Shown one piece after another: positions 25,633 to 38,209 of a DNA stretch of 64,000 nucleotides. The position numbers were made by a program, and so were the translations under genes. The notes below the pieces were generated by a model. The model had not been told where the DNA came from. It did no database searches and saw nothing but the letters and a program-made list of their open reading frames with translations. Position 1 is the first letter of the stretch. Each line of letters opens with the position of its first letter. Source of the stretch: Lophium mytilinum (Eukaryota); NCBI GenBank assembly GCA_010093605.1, contig MU004186.1, positions 17,765 to 81,764 on the forward strand. Reading direction: 5' to 3'.

Positions 25633-28454
25633 CCGAATCCTACGCATTATGCCTATCAGACGAATGGTCGCCTCATTCGGCCAGAGTTCTACGAGCACGA
25701 CCTCACGAAATGTCCGCATTGCCTACAAACACTTGCACGATCTGCAAGGCGTCGGCCTATCTTGTTCTTCGCCCTGATGACCCCACCGCCAAGGCGCTGA
25801 CAGACCCCGCAAGTGAGAAGAAGTGGCAGCAATGTGCCAAATGGAAGCATGTGGTTGAGCTCGAGCTTGGTTGCTATTACATGATGTAACCTAGCCACCG
25901 CACTGTCTCCAGTCTCTGTCCCCAATGCATGTACTATTTCTCTGTCATCTGTGGTTATTGCAAATACTTCCGGGCATTTGGACGAGACTGAGAGTGCTAA
26001 GAGTCCAGGGGCCTAAATGCGGCCGCGTTGCCTCGATTCGTAAACGTAATGTGGCTGTCGCAGGGCGTGTTCGAGGCTCCAACGTAGACATTGAGCGGGA
26101 GGATCGAGCGAGGCTCTCCAAGACACGGAATGGCTGCCAGCATGGATGTTGAAGAGGAGAGGGAAACGCTTGGAGCGCTTTTTGATTGTCACGATGTGGC
26201 TGCTCTGGGTGGTCATGAGTGGTGATAGAGCAGTGGTGTTGAATGCGCCAGCCGTATGTTCCCCGCGTGGTCCAAGCGCGCAGATCCGGGGAACCCTGTC
26301 AGGGTCTGTTAGACAAAACCCAACACCAAAGCCCCTCACATCGTCAGCATCACGACATTTCTTCCGCCATAACTAGTTTCATGTTACCGTCCACATACCA
26401 GACACCCTCCACAGTTGCGCATACACTCGCCGCATTGCTCTCTTCTATATTTGTGTCGGCTGCACTTCTAACGCAATGCGCCACCCTCAATCTTGAACTC
26501 TCCATACGCCTCTTTCGACACACACCAACCCGCGTTACGGAACCTGCTGTGTGGAACTACAAGTGCGACGAAAACCCCTCCAGGCCTCGCGATACTACTG
26601 GTCTATTCTGCCCTCTTCTCATCGCGATCTTTGCCACGAGAAAGTCCCCGCCACACCACCATCGTCCTATACGCTTCGGCTAGTCGTAGTAGTCTCGCTC
26701 CTCCGACCTCAATACCAGGGCGAATCGGGCACGGGTGAGTGACACTCATAACACCGCACCTTCCTCCGTTGTATCTTACCCTAGCTTTTACTCGCCATCT
26801 CCTTGCCCTCATACCGTTGCCTCAACCAGTACTTTCACACACACGGCATCTATGATCGTTCCAATCGAAAGCAACGACATCGCCTCCACATAGACGTCTT
26901 CTCTTCCTAATCACACAGTCTCAGGAATCATGCCAAACTACCCGCACACGCTAACACTCACAGACTCTCCCGCAGCTCCGCGTCTCCGTTAATACACACG
27001 ACGGTCGTCATCCTTTAGACTAGCACCCGTTGTACCTCCAACGGATTCGAGCCCATTATAATCGAAGATACCGAACGGCCACTACAAAGCTCCTCTCCCA
27101 CCCCAACCCAGCGCCCAACTGCGACCTTGCGATGCCAGACACCAACCCCCCTCTTTACAAATGCACACACTATACCGTTTCTCACGAAGCATCGTCAGCA
27201 CGCCAGCGGCATCGCGAAGGATTGCTCTCATAAAGCAGCGCTGGAGAAATCAACGGTCGAGACACGCACACTTGGCTCCGATTCACGTTGTCAGGCGTGC
27301 GGGTAGTGAACACCAAGTTGATAGCGCAGACTTATGTCTACGGAATAACAAGGCGCGGTCAGTTGTTCTATAGTGCTCTTTCAGACAATATTGCAACCTG
27401 TTCAAGGCACGTCATGGTTGCTCTGCGTGTGGTCCCCTGTGCGAGCCGCTACCACTCTATTACATAGTCAGACAGACCCCAATACAGTCTCTCGCTCACA
27501 AGCTGGATGGGTAAACCGTCTTTGGATAGCCTCGTTCTTATTAAGTCTGTGGTCACCGGATGAAATACGCTTTAAGCAATGATGGAACTTGATGTCGAAA
27601 CACGAACATGTCTTGATGCAGTAATCCTAGAGGAGGTTGTTTGTTAGTCGCATCCTATCCATCTTCCAACCCCCCCGCCCATCTCCTTCGGTCCGCAGAC
27701 AAGACGGAACGGACATAATCGGATCAATGCCTGTATGATGATCAACAGCAGGGCTACTTGGACTGCGCTTGCCCGAGGAAACCCCAAGCATGCAACGACT
27801 TCGATGATGTGCGCGGGTGCCGCTGTCTCCCATCCAACTCCATGATCTAGTTCTGCTGAGGCAGCATTCTTCGCCGCCATTACCGTTTCTCAGTATCTGC
27901 ACTTCGTTCGCTACACACTGCCGACAGTAGCACCAACGGCCGCCGCCTCGAGACGATTACTACCCAAGAACACCAACACCGACTCCAAGAACCAGGCCAA
28001 ACCTGAGCCATAAACTGCGGCAAGGGCTCCGCTCACAGCGCATCCTTTACGTTCGTGACAGTATCTCTTCGGGTCAGTATCACTACGTCCTGGAGCAAGA
28101 GGGGAAGGACATTAAGGCGGTCACGAAAGAAGTCGTTCTTGGATGAAATTTCGAATGTACTGTCGTTGTTGCCGGCAAGCGCGATGATATCTGCGCCTCC
28201 ACCAATGCGGGTAACGGACTCTACTTCTTCTCCTGCTGCTTTCGCTGCCTTTCGCTAGCCGTCCCACAGCCCTTGGACTTCTTCCAAGCCTCATTGATTA
28301 TGAGCATGTGGTCAACGACAATCTCTCAGATGCCTCTCAGCGTAGATAGATGGTTGCGTAGTGAATTCGCATTTTAACACGCTCTGCTACGAACTGATTT
28401 CGGCCAATCACAAACACGAGCAACCTCTCCGCCACTAAGAAACGCTCAAGAAAT

Positions 28455-29107
28455 ACCAGTTCATCGAAGGAGCGCCCGCCGTGCCACCAGTGGAAAGAAC
28501 AATAACGACTAGAACGACGAGATCTCTGAGAACTCGAAGCCGTGCCCAATTCGAAAGAGAAGCGTCGCAGAAGCCAACAGAGATACCGAGGCTGCTTCAC
28601 TCCAGTGCTCAAGAGCAGCCTCAACGGAACCGGACCCGCAGTGGGAATGATGTTTCTCGAGCAAACAATCACAAGCCAGACGCCATGACGAGACCTCCAA
28701 TTACTACCTCCACCCAGTCCAGGACGGAACCCAAGAAACAACAGTTCGTCAAATGAGCGCCTGCCGTACCACCAATGAAGGACGAGAACGAGGATGAAAA
28801 GAAAAAACATGATCAGAATGACCAAACCTTTGAAGAACTCGAAGCCGTGCCTATGTCACAAAGAGACGCATCGCGGAAGACAACAGAGACACTAAGGCTT
28901 CTTCCCTCGAAGACCTGTCCCCAATCGACACCAGCAACACGACTACCATTGGCAGACCTGGTCAGCAACTCGGAAGATGCCTCAAAACATGCTACCGCTC
29001 GAAACAACTCCCCGGGCGAACGAATGTACTGGCGGAACCTTCAATGCGACCCTTTCACCCCGTCGAAACAACGCCTCCACATTGACCTCAAGGATGTTTT
29101 CGCATAA
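28455..29107 (+). pseudogene. Tandemly duplicated gene fragment, possibly from the N-terminus of a Dna2-type protein
   Basis: Two diverged copies (~28455-28598 and ~28741-28903) share GAACTCGAAGCCGTGCC. The second continues as CPQSTPATRLPLADLVSNSED...SPGERMYW, which I recall resembling Pezizomycotina Dna2 N-terminal motifs (unverified). Confidence 0.35.
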
Positions 29108-31281
29108 GCAGCACCTATAGGTCGGAACCCTCGGCGCACGCCACCGGCCCTCTATACAAATTCCATCTCGAGTGCATTCGCACGAGCACCCTCCCCATCA
29201 ACTTCGCACGAGCACACTCTCCATCCGTCGCTCTCCGCACGAGTAGCGCCTCCATCTTCTATGCACGGACAAACCTTCCGACACGTAACTCTCCGTACAG
29301 CAACTCATCTGTCACTTGGGCACACGCGGCTCGTCCATCCATCCCCGCCCACAAACCCTTCCATCTCCGCACGAACAACCTCTCGATCTCGATCTGCGGT
29401 TAGCGATACGTTTCTACTTCTACTACAAGAGCAGCCCTTCAGCTGCAATTCGAGACTCTCAGCACAAGCGACGCCCCAACTTCGAGTTGCTTCACAGCCG
29501 CAACCCTCCAACTCGAAGCCCTCGGCGAAAGTATGCCTCTCTATCTCCTCCGCAAGAGCCACCTTTTTCTACACGAGCAAGTGTATGTATCAACTGGAAA
29601 GCGAGCTTGATGGCGACGTTTGTCGCGAATCCGATTCGAGGGGCGACACGGGGGGTCTCCAAGTCAGGCCCGTTATCGATCGCGTCCCATTTCCGGGCGC
29701 GCTTGGCAGACTCGCGCACGAGGATCATTGTGGGGAACGGAGGAGCAACCATCTGAGGAAGAGGTTGCTTTGGACGGCAAGGATCCAGGTTTGGGTTGAC
29801 GTGGCCTCGCCCAGCGTTCTGCCGTAAGACGAACGTAGTCGCCATTGGGCCTAATCCGTAGACACCGCTCTCTTGAGCGGCACGCATCATCTGCTAGAGG
29901 TCGGGCATGTTTGGAAATAACACTCAAGCAGCTTCAGGGTGTGGCTCTCGTGGGCCTCGCGCATGGACAAAATGGGCACTTTGCCGAGTCTGGCACTCAA
30001 CGATCCCGTGGGCCTCTTGCGTCTCGAGCTTCGACCATACATACATGCCTTGGACATCATCGTCGTGATACGGGCGCCCGCTGCGGCAAAGTCTATCTGG
30101 CTTGTCAGAGAAGGGATGTAAGCTTGTGTAACGTTGAAGATAGGCTTTACTAACTTTCTTGCTAGTCAGCATTACGCACCTCGGTTGCCATCTTCTAAAT
30201 TGTTTCCGTTCCCTCACGTCTGAAGAACTCCTGTCATCAGAAAAAGCCATTTCCTGCATCCTCAATCTACACCCTAGGCATTCGTGAACCTCCACGCCCT
30301 TTACGCGTCCGCACACTTCCGCCTCTGCGCGAAGCACAGTTGACTCAGACAATGGCGGGGTAGAAGTGGACTCTTTGCGGCTAGGCAAGCTTGATCACAG
30401 GCTCGTAGTGTGAGTCTGGGCTTCTTCGAGAGATCAGCAGTTTGGGTACTGCGTATCGAGCCCCGGGGCGGAAGGCAGGGAGGTTCAGGCGGTTCGCTGG
30501 GTGTCAAAGAAGCTGGCGTTCTTCTCGATCCATACTTGCGCTGCGCTGTCTGGTCTTGTGGCTATCCGTACATCTCTTTATCTGCTTCGTCGATGCCCAT
30601 TGTATTATCTATGCCGTAGGTAGGACTTCAATCTCGACGCCATAAGACTGTAACCTTGAGAGCACTTCTGAACTTTGATGCTGCTTTGGTTACAACTCTA
30701 AACTCTACTGTCTTCTCCTTTCCAATGCACTCTCCACGGGAGTCTCGAAGAAGCCTCCAAGGCTTTGCGCTGCGACAACGGATACGCCTCTGATGATCTA
30801 TGTAGTACAGCCCCCAACGTTCTGCGGCTTACTGAAGGTGCCTTCGATAACCTCCGCTAGATGGTCCCCAAGTTGTTGCGCTGCACCAAAGAAGCCTCCG
30901 ATGTCAAGTATTCAAGAGCGTGAGGCCGTTATCCAGCCAGAGGCTTCTGCTCACGACGACGACAAGTGGTTTGGCCAGCTTTACAAGCCCAACACGAGGC
31001 ACACCAGCTCTAGGCCATGATGGTCCCAGTTAAGATCTGCGTCTAGACCTAGACCCCCAGACCTGATGATGTCAGTCTCACATTCAAACATGGCCACTTT
31101 CACTTCAACATGAGGTACGGGAAATACAAAGCGTATACACGAAGAGAATAGCCCCACGACGACGCCTCTAAATACAAGATACTGTTCTCTCATTCACATC
31201 TTCGTGCCAAATCAAAGCAATAATGCGGATTGCGGAATTATATAAAATAACGTAAATCTTGACCGCAAGCCCTCAATTGAG

Positions 31282-31860
31282 ACCATCTGGACCCCAAGCC
31301 ATCGTCACAGGCCTAGAAAGTAACACATACAGCCTAGAGAACCTCGTTGCACCATCTGGAGCCTCAGCCAACTGGGGCGCGAACTATCGCCACATATTCC
31401 CAAACCCAGAGAGTGACACAGACAGCCCAAGGCTTCCCCATAACGATCTGGATCCTCAAACTTCTAGAACATCAACCATCTGGAGCCTCAGCCAACTGGG
31501 GCGCCCACTATCGCCACATATTTCCACCCCAGAGAGTGACACAGACAGCCCAGAAAGCCGACGTTGAATCATCTGGAGCCTCAGCCAGATGGGCCCCGAA
31601 ACAGCGCCACATATTTCCACCCCAGAGAGTGACACAGACAGCCCAAGGCCCCTCCATACCGATCTGGACCCTCAACCCTCTATGATATCAACCATCTGGA
31701 GCCTCAGCCAGCGGGGGACATGAAACATCGCCACATATTTCCACCCCAGAAAGTGACACAGACAGCCCAGAGAACACACGTTGAACCATCTGGACCCCCA
31801 GCCATCGTCACATATTACCACCCCAGAGAGTGGCACAGACAGCCCAAGGCCCCTCCATTG
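31282..31860. repeat. Tandem array with 217-bp higher-order periodicity
   Basis: A(C/T)CATCTGGA(G/C)C starts at 31282, 31351, 31475, 31568, 31691 and 31785 (units 69, 124, 93, 123, 94, ~75 bp). Shared core is CCCAGAGAGTGACACAGACAGCCCA. Confidence 0.9.
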
Positions 31861-32718
31861 AATACATGATACTAATGCCCTATCTGCAGCCTTGCGCCAG
31901 CGACGTTATGGCAGGCTGCAGACCTGTTCTAGCCACCACTCTTTTCGGCAACAGAAACACCTGGCACAGCGCTCTCCTCTGCCATAGACTTCACCAGCAC
32001 GGAACTCGGACGACATGGATGAAGGAGTGCGAGCGCTCAGATCGAGAAATCGGCGTGTAGCTTGGACGGAGGAGAGGGCAGGTAACGAGGCAAGGCTGTA
32101 GAATACGAATGAAGGATTGAACAGTTGAGAAGAGAATATCATACTTAAATATTCTCGAGTCTTTATTGCTTCCTTAGTTCTAAGCCACCCCAAACTCCTA
32201 CACAGCCTTCTTTGGCGCTGGTTATGCACATTCACTGGACTGGGTTTCATGTATCAAACGAACAGTTTTCGCCTCTTTTGGAGTTCTGTATTACGGCGTA
32301 ATTGCATGTGAAGTCGTATTTTCGTCGTGAGGCTTGGCAGTCTTGGCGTGGCTGCGGGAGGCTAACCCAACGTCAGCCCCGCGTCCCCAACCTTCCCTCT
32401 TCACCCTCTCAGCCACTGGCATACTTAAATACAGCTTCTTTTTTTTTTGTTTTTCTTAGCGTTTCTCGCGAGCCGCGACCCTAGACGGAGGCGATTCGTC
32501 GCTCGATGTCTTTGGGCGCGGTTTCGGCTTGATCCAAGTCTCCTTGCGAAGTTTGCTCGCGAAGGTGTTCCCAATCTCGTATGGGAGGACTGAGCATACG
32601 TAGCAAGGGAATTAGTGACAGCACTATTCAGACTCTAGTCTAGGCAAGCCCGTACTCGAGTTCTAGATCTCTATTCACGAGACATCAATTTTCGTTCAAC
32701 CACTATCCAACCACCAAT

Positions 32719-35717
32719 ATGGCGACCTTTGCACAATTGCGGGGCGAATTCTACGTCTGGGCCTTCGAACGTGCAGCCCACTGGGAAACTGCTCGGAAAC
32801 CCAGACTTCTGAGCTGGTTTCACACGCTGGCGATTCCAATCATCATCCTCTGCATCTGGGGACTCTTCCTCACGTCTGGTCACACGGAACCCGCACCAGT
32901 CGATCTATCCACGCCCTCGATCCCGCAACTCTCGACTTTTGAAAGTCTTTTGCAAGCAGTCCATCTTCGCAGCCAACCAGACTTGCCCGTCGAACCAGAA
33001 ACCCACGAGCCCGTGCCTCTAGATGTGCTCTGGACCCTCAGCACCTACAAGCCAGCAGCAGACGCCGTTATCGAGTTTTACGTAGGATGGTTATGGTGGA
33101 AAATGGTCGATGCCGTCGCCCTGCTGGTGGTCGGATTCTTTTACTCGCTTCGCTGGAGGATGGCTTCGGTCCTATATCGGCAAGGCAGCTTCGACAAGTA
33201 AGTCGAAACGATCATTGCTCTCAACCTACTAGTGCTAATTGTTCCAGGCGTACGTCAAAGCGGAAAGGAATGTATGCGAACGATGAGACGCTCACCATCC
33301 TACGCCAATTGTTCCCAGACCAGAACTGGCCGAATAAGATGAAGCCCACCGAGCTGAACAATCAGCTTCGAGACATCCTCAAAGTCAGCGGAACCAACAT
33401 CCGCCGACCACAGCTCACAGGATCATCCTCAACGGTAGCTGCCCTTCCTCTGCTGCAGCAAGAGACCTCTGCCCCCGCCAAAACCTCCGCAGCAATAGAA
33501 GGCGTCCTTCCTCATCACAGACCAGCCTCCGTCATGCCATCCTCTTCGACGTTAGCCTTCTCCTCGCAGCAGAAGCATGCAGCGAATCTTGCCGCCAATA
33601 CAGCCTCCACGTCCCAAATAATGGACCCGCAATCTACCAATCCACCCGCAACAACGTCCTATATCCACCAAAACACACGCACCTCGCCAGCTCGCTCAGA
33701 AACAATGCAATTCCCCGAATCGGACGGTCTCAGCAATACCCTGCAGTACGGCGACGACGAGTCTCCTGTCCAGCGAGTGATCGTCGACAAGGGCAAGGCG
33801 AGGGCTACAGACTCACAAGTTCAAGAACAAGAACGCAGTCACAGACCATGGCGCAAGCCGGTTTCCGCAACTGATCCGAGGTCTGATAGTCCATGGGAGG
33901 AAGAGCAGTCTCAGCCCGAATACGAGGACTCAGAACAAGAAGAAGAAGAGCCCACCGCGAGACGGAGACCAGGCAGAAAACCAATCACATGCGACAAGTG
34001 CCGCGTTGATAAGAGAAAGTGCAGCAAGACCCAGCCTTGTACATACTGTCAGGAGTGGGATGTCGAATGCACGTGGAATGTTCATTTTTCGAGAAATCAC
34101 TTGCTGAAGGTGTACGTCGACAGAAAAAATGGATCTGTCCCCGAAGAAGAGCACCAACCGATCGACGATGAAGCATCGAGACATGACTCTCGTGAGTTCG
34201 GATCATCACCTCCACATCCTGAGTCAGTCGAAAGCGTGTCCAAGCGACGTTTAGACGGAAACTCCCACTACGAACTCGATGCACCGCCTATCAAGAAGCC
34301 TCGACTCCAGACGTACGCCACTTCTCGGCGGACTATTCAAAACACGCCCGTGGTCGACAGCGAGGCAACAGACCCCGATCTTTCACCCTCTCTCAACCAG
34401 CTTCCCTCGTCAGATGCTTCCAGCATACACGACACCGTCACCGTCCAGCCTCCGCCTCCTGCGAGACGACATGTCACTCAATGGCCCTCAGGTTCAGTTA
34501 CAAAGAGTGGTTCGGGTATCCGCAAGATGGTGAAATCTAACGGAAAGGATTCTCTCATGAAAAAGGCCGTTCTCGCAAATGCAACTCTCCGCAACACCGC
34601 CAAAAACGCACCTGGGCAAAGTCACCAAATCCCGTCTCCTCTCGACGGCGCCGACCCTTACTCGCGCCTGCCTTCGTCTCAATTGTTTTCTGAATACATT
34701 CCGGGACTTCAATCCGATCCATCTGAGGACAGTACGCAAGACAGACGCCGTTTCAAGACTCGAAACTCCCCACCAGCCAGTCGAGCCCTCCTACATCAAC
34801 ATTCTACGGAGTTCATGCGAGCTGCAGAAGAGGACGTCCGCAGGCGGATCGAGGCCAGGTTAGCAGAGGAGCTAAAGCAACCGATAGAGAACATCTGCCG
34901 CCCGTCTCTCGTCGCACTTCAATCTGACTTTGACTCGTGGCGTCCGACTGCAATCATGGCATGGGTTATGCTCCGCCCATTCATTCCCAATCTCAAACCT
35001 TGGGGCATGCTCATTCGACAGACCATATTCGACACGAACGGACCGGAAGTCTTCGACGGCCATTGCATCGAGAACCCAGCTCAGGCCAGATGGCTTACCC
35101 GACTCCGCTTCTTCTGCGCAGGACATAAACACCCATGCTTTGTCCGTTTGCAGACAATTCTGATGCTCAAGCTTGGATGTGGCCTGCTCTCCGAGGAAGA
35201 GTGGACTCACTGGGTCTCCCCCGGGGACTTTGATGCTTCGCATCTATGCCATCGATCCTGGTGTTTCCGCCCGACGTGCATGGTGGTGGAACCAAAGCAA
35301 TCGAATCTCGCAAGGACCCGTTGCTGTGCATACAAGGAGTGCGTGTGTGGACTCACGCCGCGTTGCCGTATCGAGCTCTTCATTGAGAAGAAGAGTGTTG
35401 TTCAAGCAGCCACTGCGACTCGAATCGAACATGCAAACGTCTATCCGCTGCAATGCCCATATACTCATTGTCGTGGCAGCAAATTTGCAACGCTAAACAA
35501 GTTGCTGGAGCATTGTGTCAAACGTCATCCGACCTTCGAAGGTGAGGCTTTGTGTCCTTTCGAAGAGTGCAAGCGAAAGAATGCGAAGAGCTCTCAGAGC
35601 TTATTCCACCACGCGAGAGATTCCCACAGACTGTATGATATCTGGGAACAGGCTCATCTTTACACTCGTCTCCTCCCACCGTCGCTGCGTCGCGATGAGG
35701 ACGAGCATCCAGTTTAA
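32719..35717 (+). CDS. ~982-aa protein: N-terminal hydrophobic segments + Zn2Cys6 binuclear cluster + His-Cys box (His-Me finger, I-PpoI-like) endonuclease + two C2H2-like zinc fingers
   Basis: Exons 32719-33197 and 33248-35717 are joined in frame by a GTAAGT..CTAAT..CAG intron. Motifs: CDKCRVDKRKCSKTQPCTYCQEWDVEC (33990-34070); ASHLCHRSWCFRPTCMVVEPKQSNLARTRC..CVC....C (~35230-35370); CPYTHC..H....H and CPFEEC..H....H. An alternative start at ATG 33270 is possible. Confidence 0.8.
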
Positions 35718-36004
35718 CCTGCTGTATCTTAGCCCCGTAAAAGTGGTTTCTCTCTAGTGGCGGTGCAATGTGTTGCGGACTCTCATCTCGAACCTTTTGG
35801 GAAGCAACAGGAAGCAATGAAAGGCTTTACGGCTACGGACGTACCAATGAACTCCTCACTGTACATTAACTACTCCCAGTAATACTATCTGCCTGCCCCC
35901 AATCAATTCAAGGTCCTCTATATAAGAAGCCTCCACCCCCCTCCAGCTAGTCGTGATAGCCTCACCTCTTCAACCTCACAACTCATCTAAACTCGACACC
36001 AGCC

Positions 36005-37264
36005 ATGGCGAATCCTTTCACGGGCGAGCCAGCATGGCTGACGACACCAGATCTCCCGCCTCTCATCACTTACCCATACGATCCAGACGAAAAGGACGTG
36101 ACCAAGCCAGTCGGCGCCACAACCAGCATTGGAGGTTACAACGACCAAGGGACCGAGAAGATGACAGCGGAACGCAGGAGAGCGACAGCAAAATTATTCT
36201 TCTTCCGATATGGCACTTTCACCAAGGACATGGCCGCCATCTCTGCCGGTAAGTGTTCAGATGCCGAGTTCCAGCGCCTGTGGAAAGAAGAGCTGTCAGG
36301 ACTCGACTCTCGATGGACAAGCGAAATGGTCTCAGCATCGTCATGGCTAAACAGCTTCGTTCGCGGACAAGTCATGTTTTTTGACTTCATGAATCACATG
36401 CACAACCTTGCCCGGCAAGCCAAGTTGCTTGAACTCCCACCCACCATTGGCACCGAAACTGCGAATCAGAAGCAGAAGCGAGAGCGAAAGGCCGCGCGTT
36501 TCAAGGACTCCTTCCTCAGTCACCAGTTGCGCCTCCGCACGAGAACAGGCTCTGCAGTCGCCCAAGCCGAGACGGAACGTACGGCTGCAAGGGCTGCAGC
36601 ACTCATTGCGACCAATGCCAAAGCTGCAGATATCCGCATAGCAACTGCGGAGCGAGCTCTCGCCCATTACCGGTCACTCGACGACAAAGCACGCGCTCCT
36701 GTGGCTTCCGATCGCCAGATCTTTTCTGCGTCTGACATGCCGGGCGAATTTATTCGCTACCGCCACCTCACACCTGAAGGCATCCAGCAATTCTGGCTCC
36801 AACGATTCTCGTTCGACGTAGCGAGGACATGGTGGTGGGAGTTTGCTGGCGTGGTAGCGATCCGGTAAGTTTATCATCTAAAAAGGCGGGAAACATAGCT
36901 AATTCAGTGTAGGGAAACGCTCCAAACGAAACCGATTGATCGACAACTCATACATCGGTTCGCCACAGCCTGTCATTACTTGTGGAAATTCGTTCTGGGT
37001 CGCGAATTAGAAAACGAAAGAGTGCAACAGCAGCTCGACGACACGGCCCTGAGGGTTGGCCTACGCCTACCCATCCTGCGCTTCAAGGTCGCCGATGCGA
37101 TTAGGACTATCCACTTCAGGTATTATCACGACGAGACGAAGTATCCTGGCATCAGCGCGATTATGGTCCCCCGCAAGACTACCAGCAAGAAGCGCAAAAG
37201 AGCTGCGGTCGATGACGACCACCTCCAATTTCCCGACAATTTCGATTTTGCGGCTATGAGCTGA
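36005..37264 (+). CDS. Hypothetical protein (~403 aa) with a coiled-coil-like Ala/Arg segment and a C-terminal KKRKR NLS-like motif
   Basis: Exons 36005-36864 and 36913-37264 are joined in frame by a GTAAGT..CTAAT..TAG intron. TATATAA lies upstream at ~35918. No family recognised. Confidence 0.7.
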
Positions 37265-37553
37265 GCTGTCTGCTTCTCTGCGTTCCATCATCCTCATCTT
37301 CACATTGATATTCTTCTTTTCTTGGCGTCCTAAAACCTAGGTTTCATCATCTCTGAAGTTCTTGCAAGGGTCGTGGGCTGGGAGACGAGCAAGTAGAGCT
37401 TGCGAGTTCCAACACCGCAGTAGTCACTAGCAATATCATCTTCAAGGCATTATCTCCATTCAATCTCACGATCGGCCAATGTGTCCTCATTATCCTGATG
37501 GGCTTCGCCCCCCGGAAGATCCCATCCCTCCGCCCAGCAACTTCCCCTTCGCG

Positions 37554-37933
37554 CTAGACTGCCGACTCATTCGTCTTCGTCGTCCTCTCAGGAACGACCT
37601 TCCCGTCCTCGTCGCAGAGCATGAGCTCTATCTTCCCTTTGTAGTCATAGGAGTCAGGGTCGATGGGGTTCGTCGTGCCACCCGGCATTGTGTAGCTATG
37701 TCATCCTCAGTTGATATTTCTACACAGTGGAGAGAAGATGTACCTACGTAAAGCCTGCGATGAACTCGAAGTTCGTGCGAACTGTTCCTCCAGCACCTTT
37801 TACGGCCTCCACCAGGTTGAGAAAGAGGTGAGGATTTCTGTCGTCGACGACGATGAGCTGTTCTCATTAGAGGGGCTTGCCATCTTTACGGTGCTACTAA
37901 GCCACGTACTTGGAAAGTTTGCTTAGTTGACAT
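37554..37933 (-). CDS. 91-aa peptidase inhibitor I9-like (Pbi2/subtilisin-propeptide fold) protein; missed by the ORF track
   Basis: Three exons (37933-37910, 37857-37748, 37695-37554) with two 52-bp canonical introns give MSTKQTFQLIVVDDRNPHLFLNLVEAVKGAGGTVRTNFEFIAGFTYTMPGG...ESAV*. The pattern IV...V...GG.V...F..I.GF...P resembles fungal I9 inhibitors. Confidence 0.6.
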
Positions 37934-38209
37934 CGTGAGTATCGCAGTGGGGAACTTGGGTCGTATGTGGAGTTGTGGAGGTGGATTGAGGATTCTGGAT
38001 CGTGGAGTCGCAGGTTGGCGGAGTTGCAGAACATTCGGAAAGTGACGTGGCGCAGCACGAGCCGGGACGTGCGTGCCTCCGGGTACCTGCAGCGGGCCGC
38101 CCTGACGCTAGAATCGTCGAACATCATCTCGCCTAGCCCGCAGATCCACCCCTCACCCATCCAACCCAGAAACTCCACCAAGCATACACCACCCTTCCAA
38201 CGACTTCAA

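Noticed and set aside
31282..31860. CRISPR-like array
   Set aside because: Eukaryotic context, no cas genes, and the intervening segments are themselves repeated rather than unique spacers.
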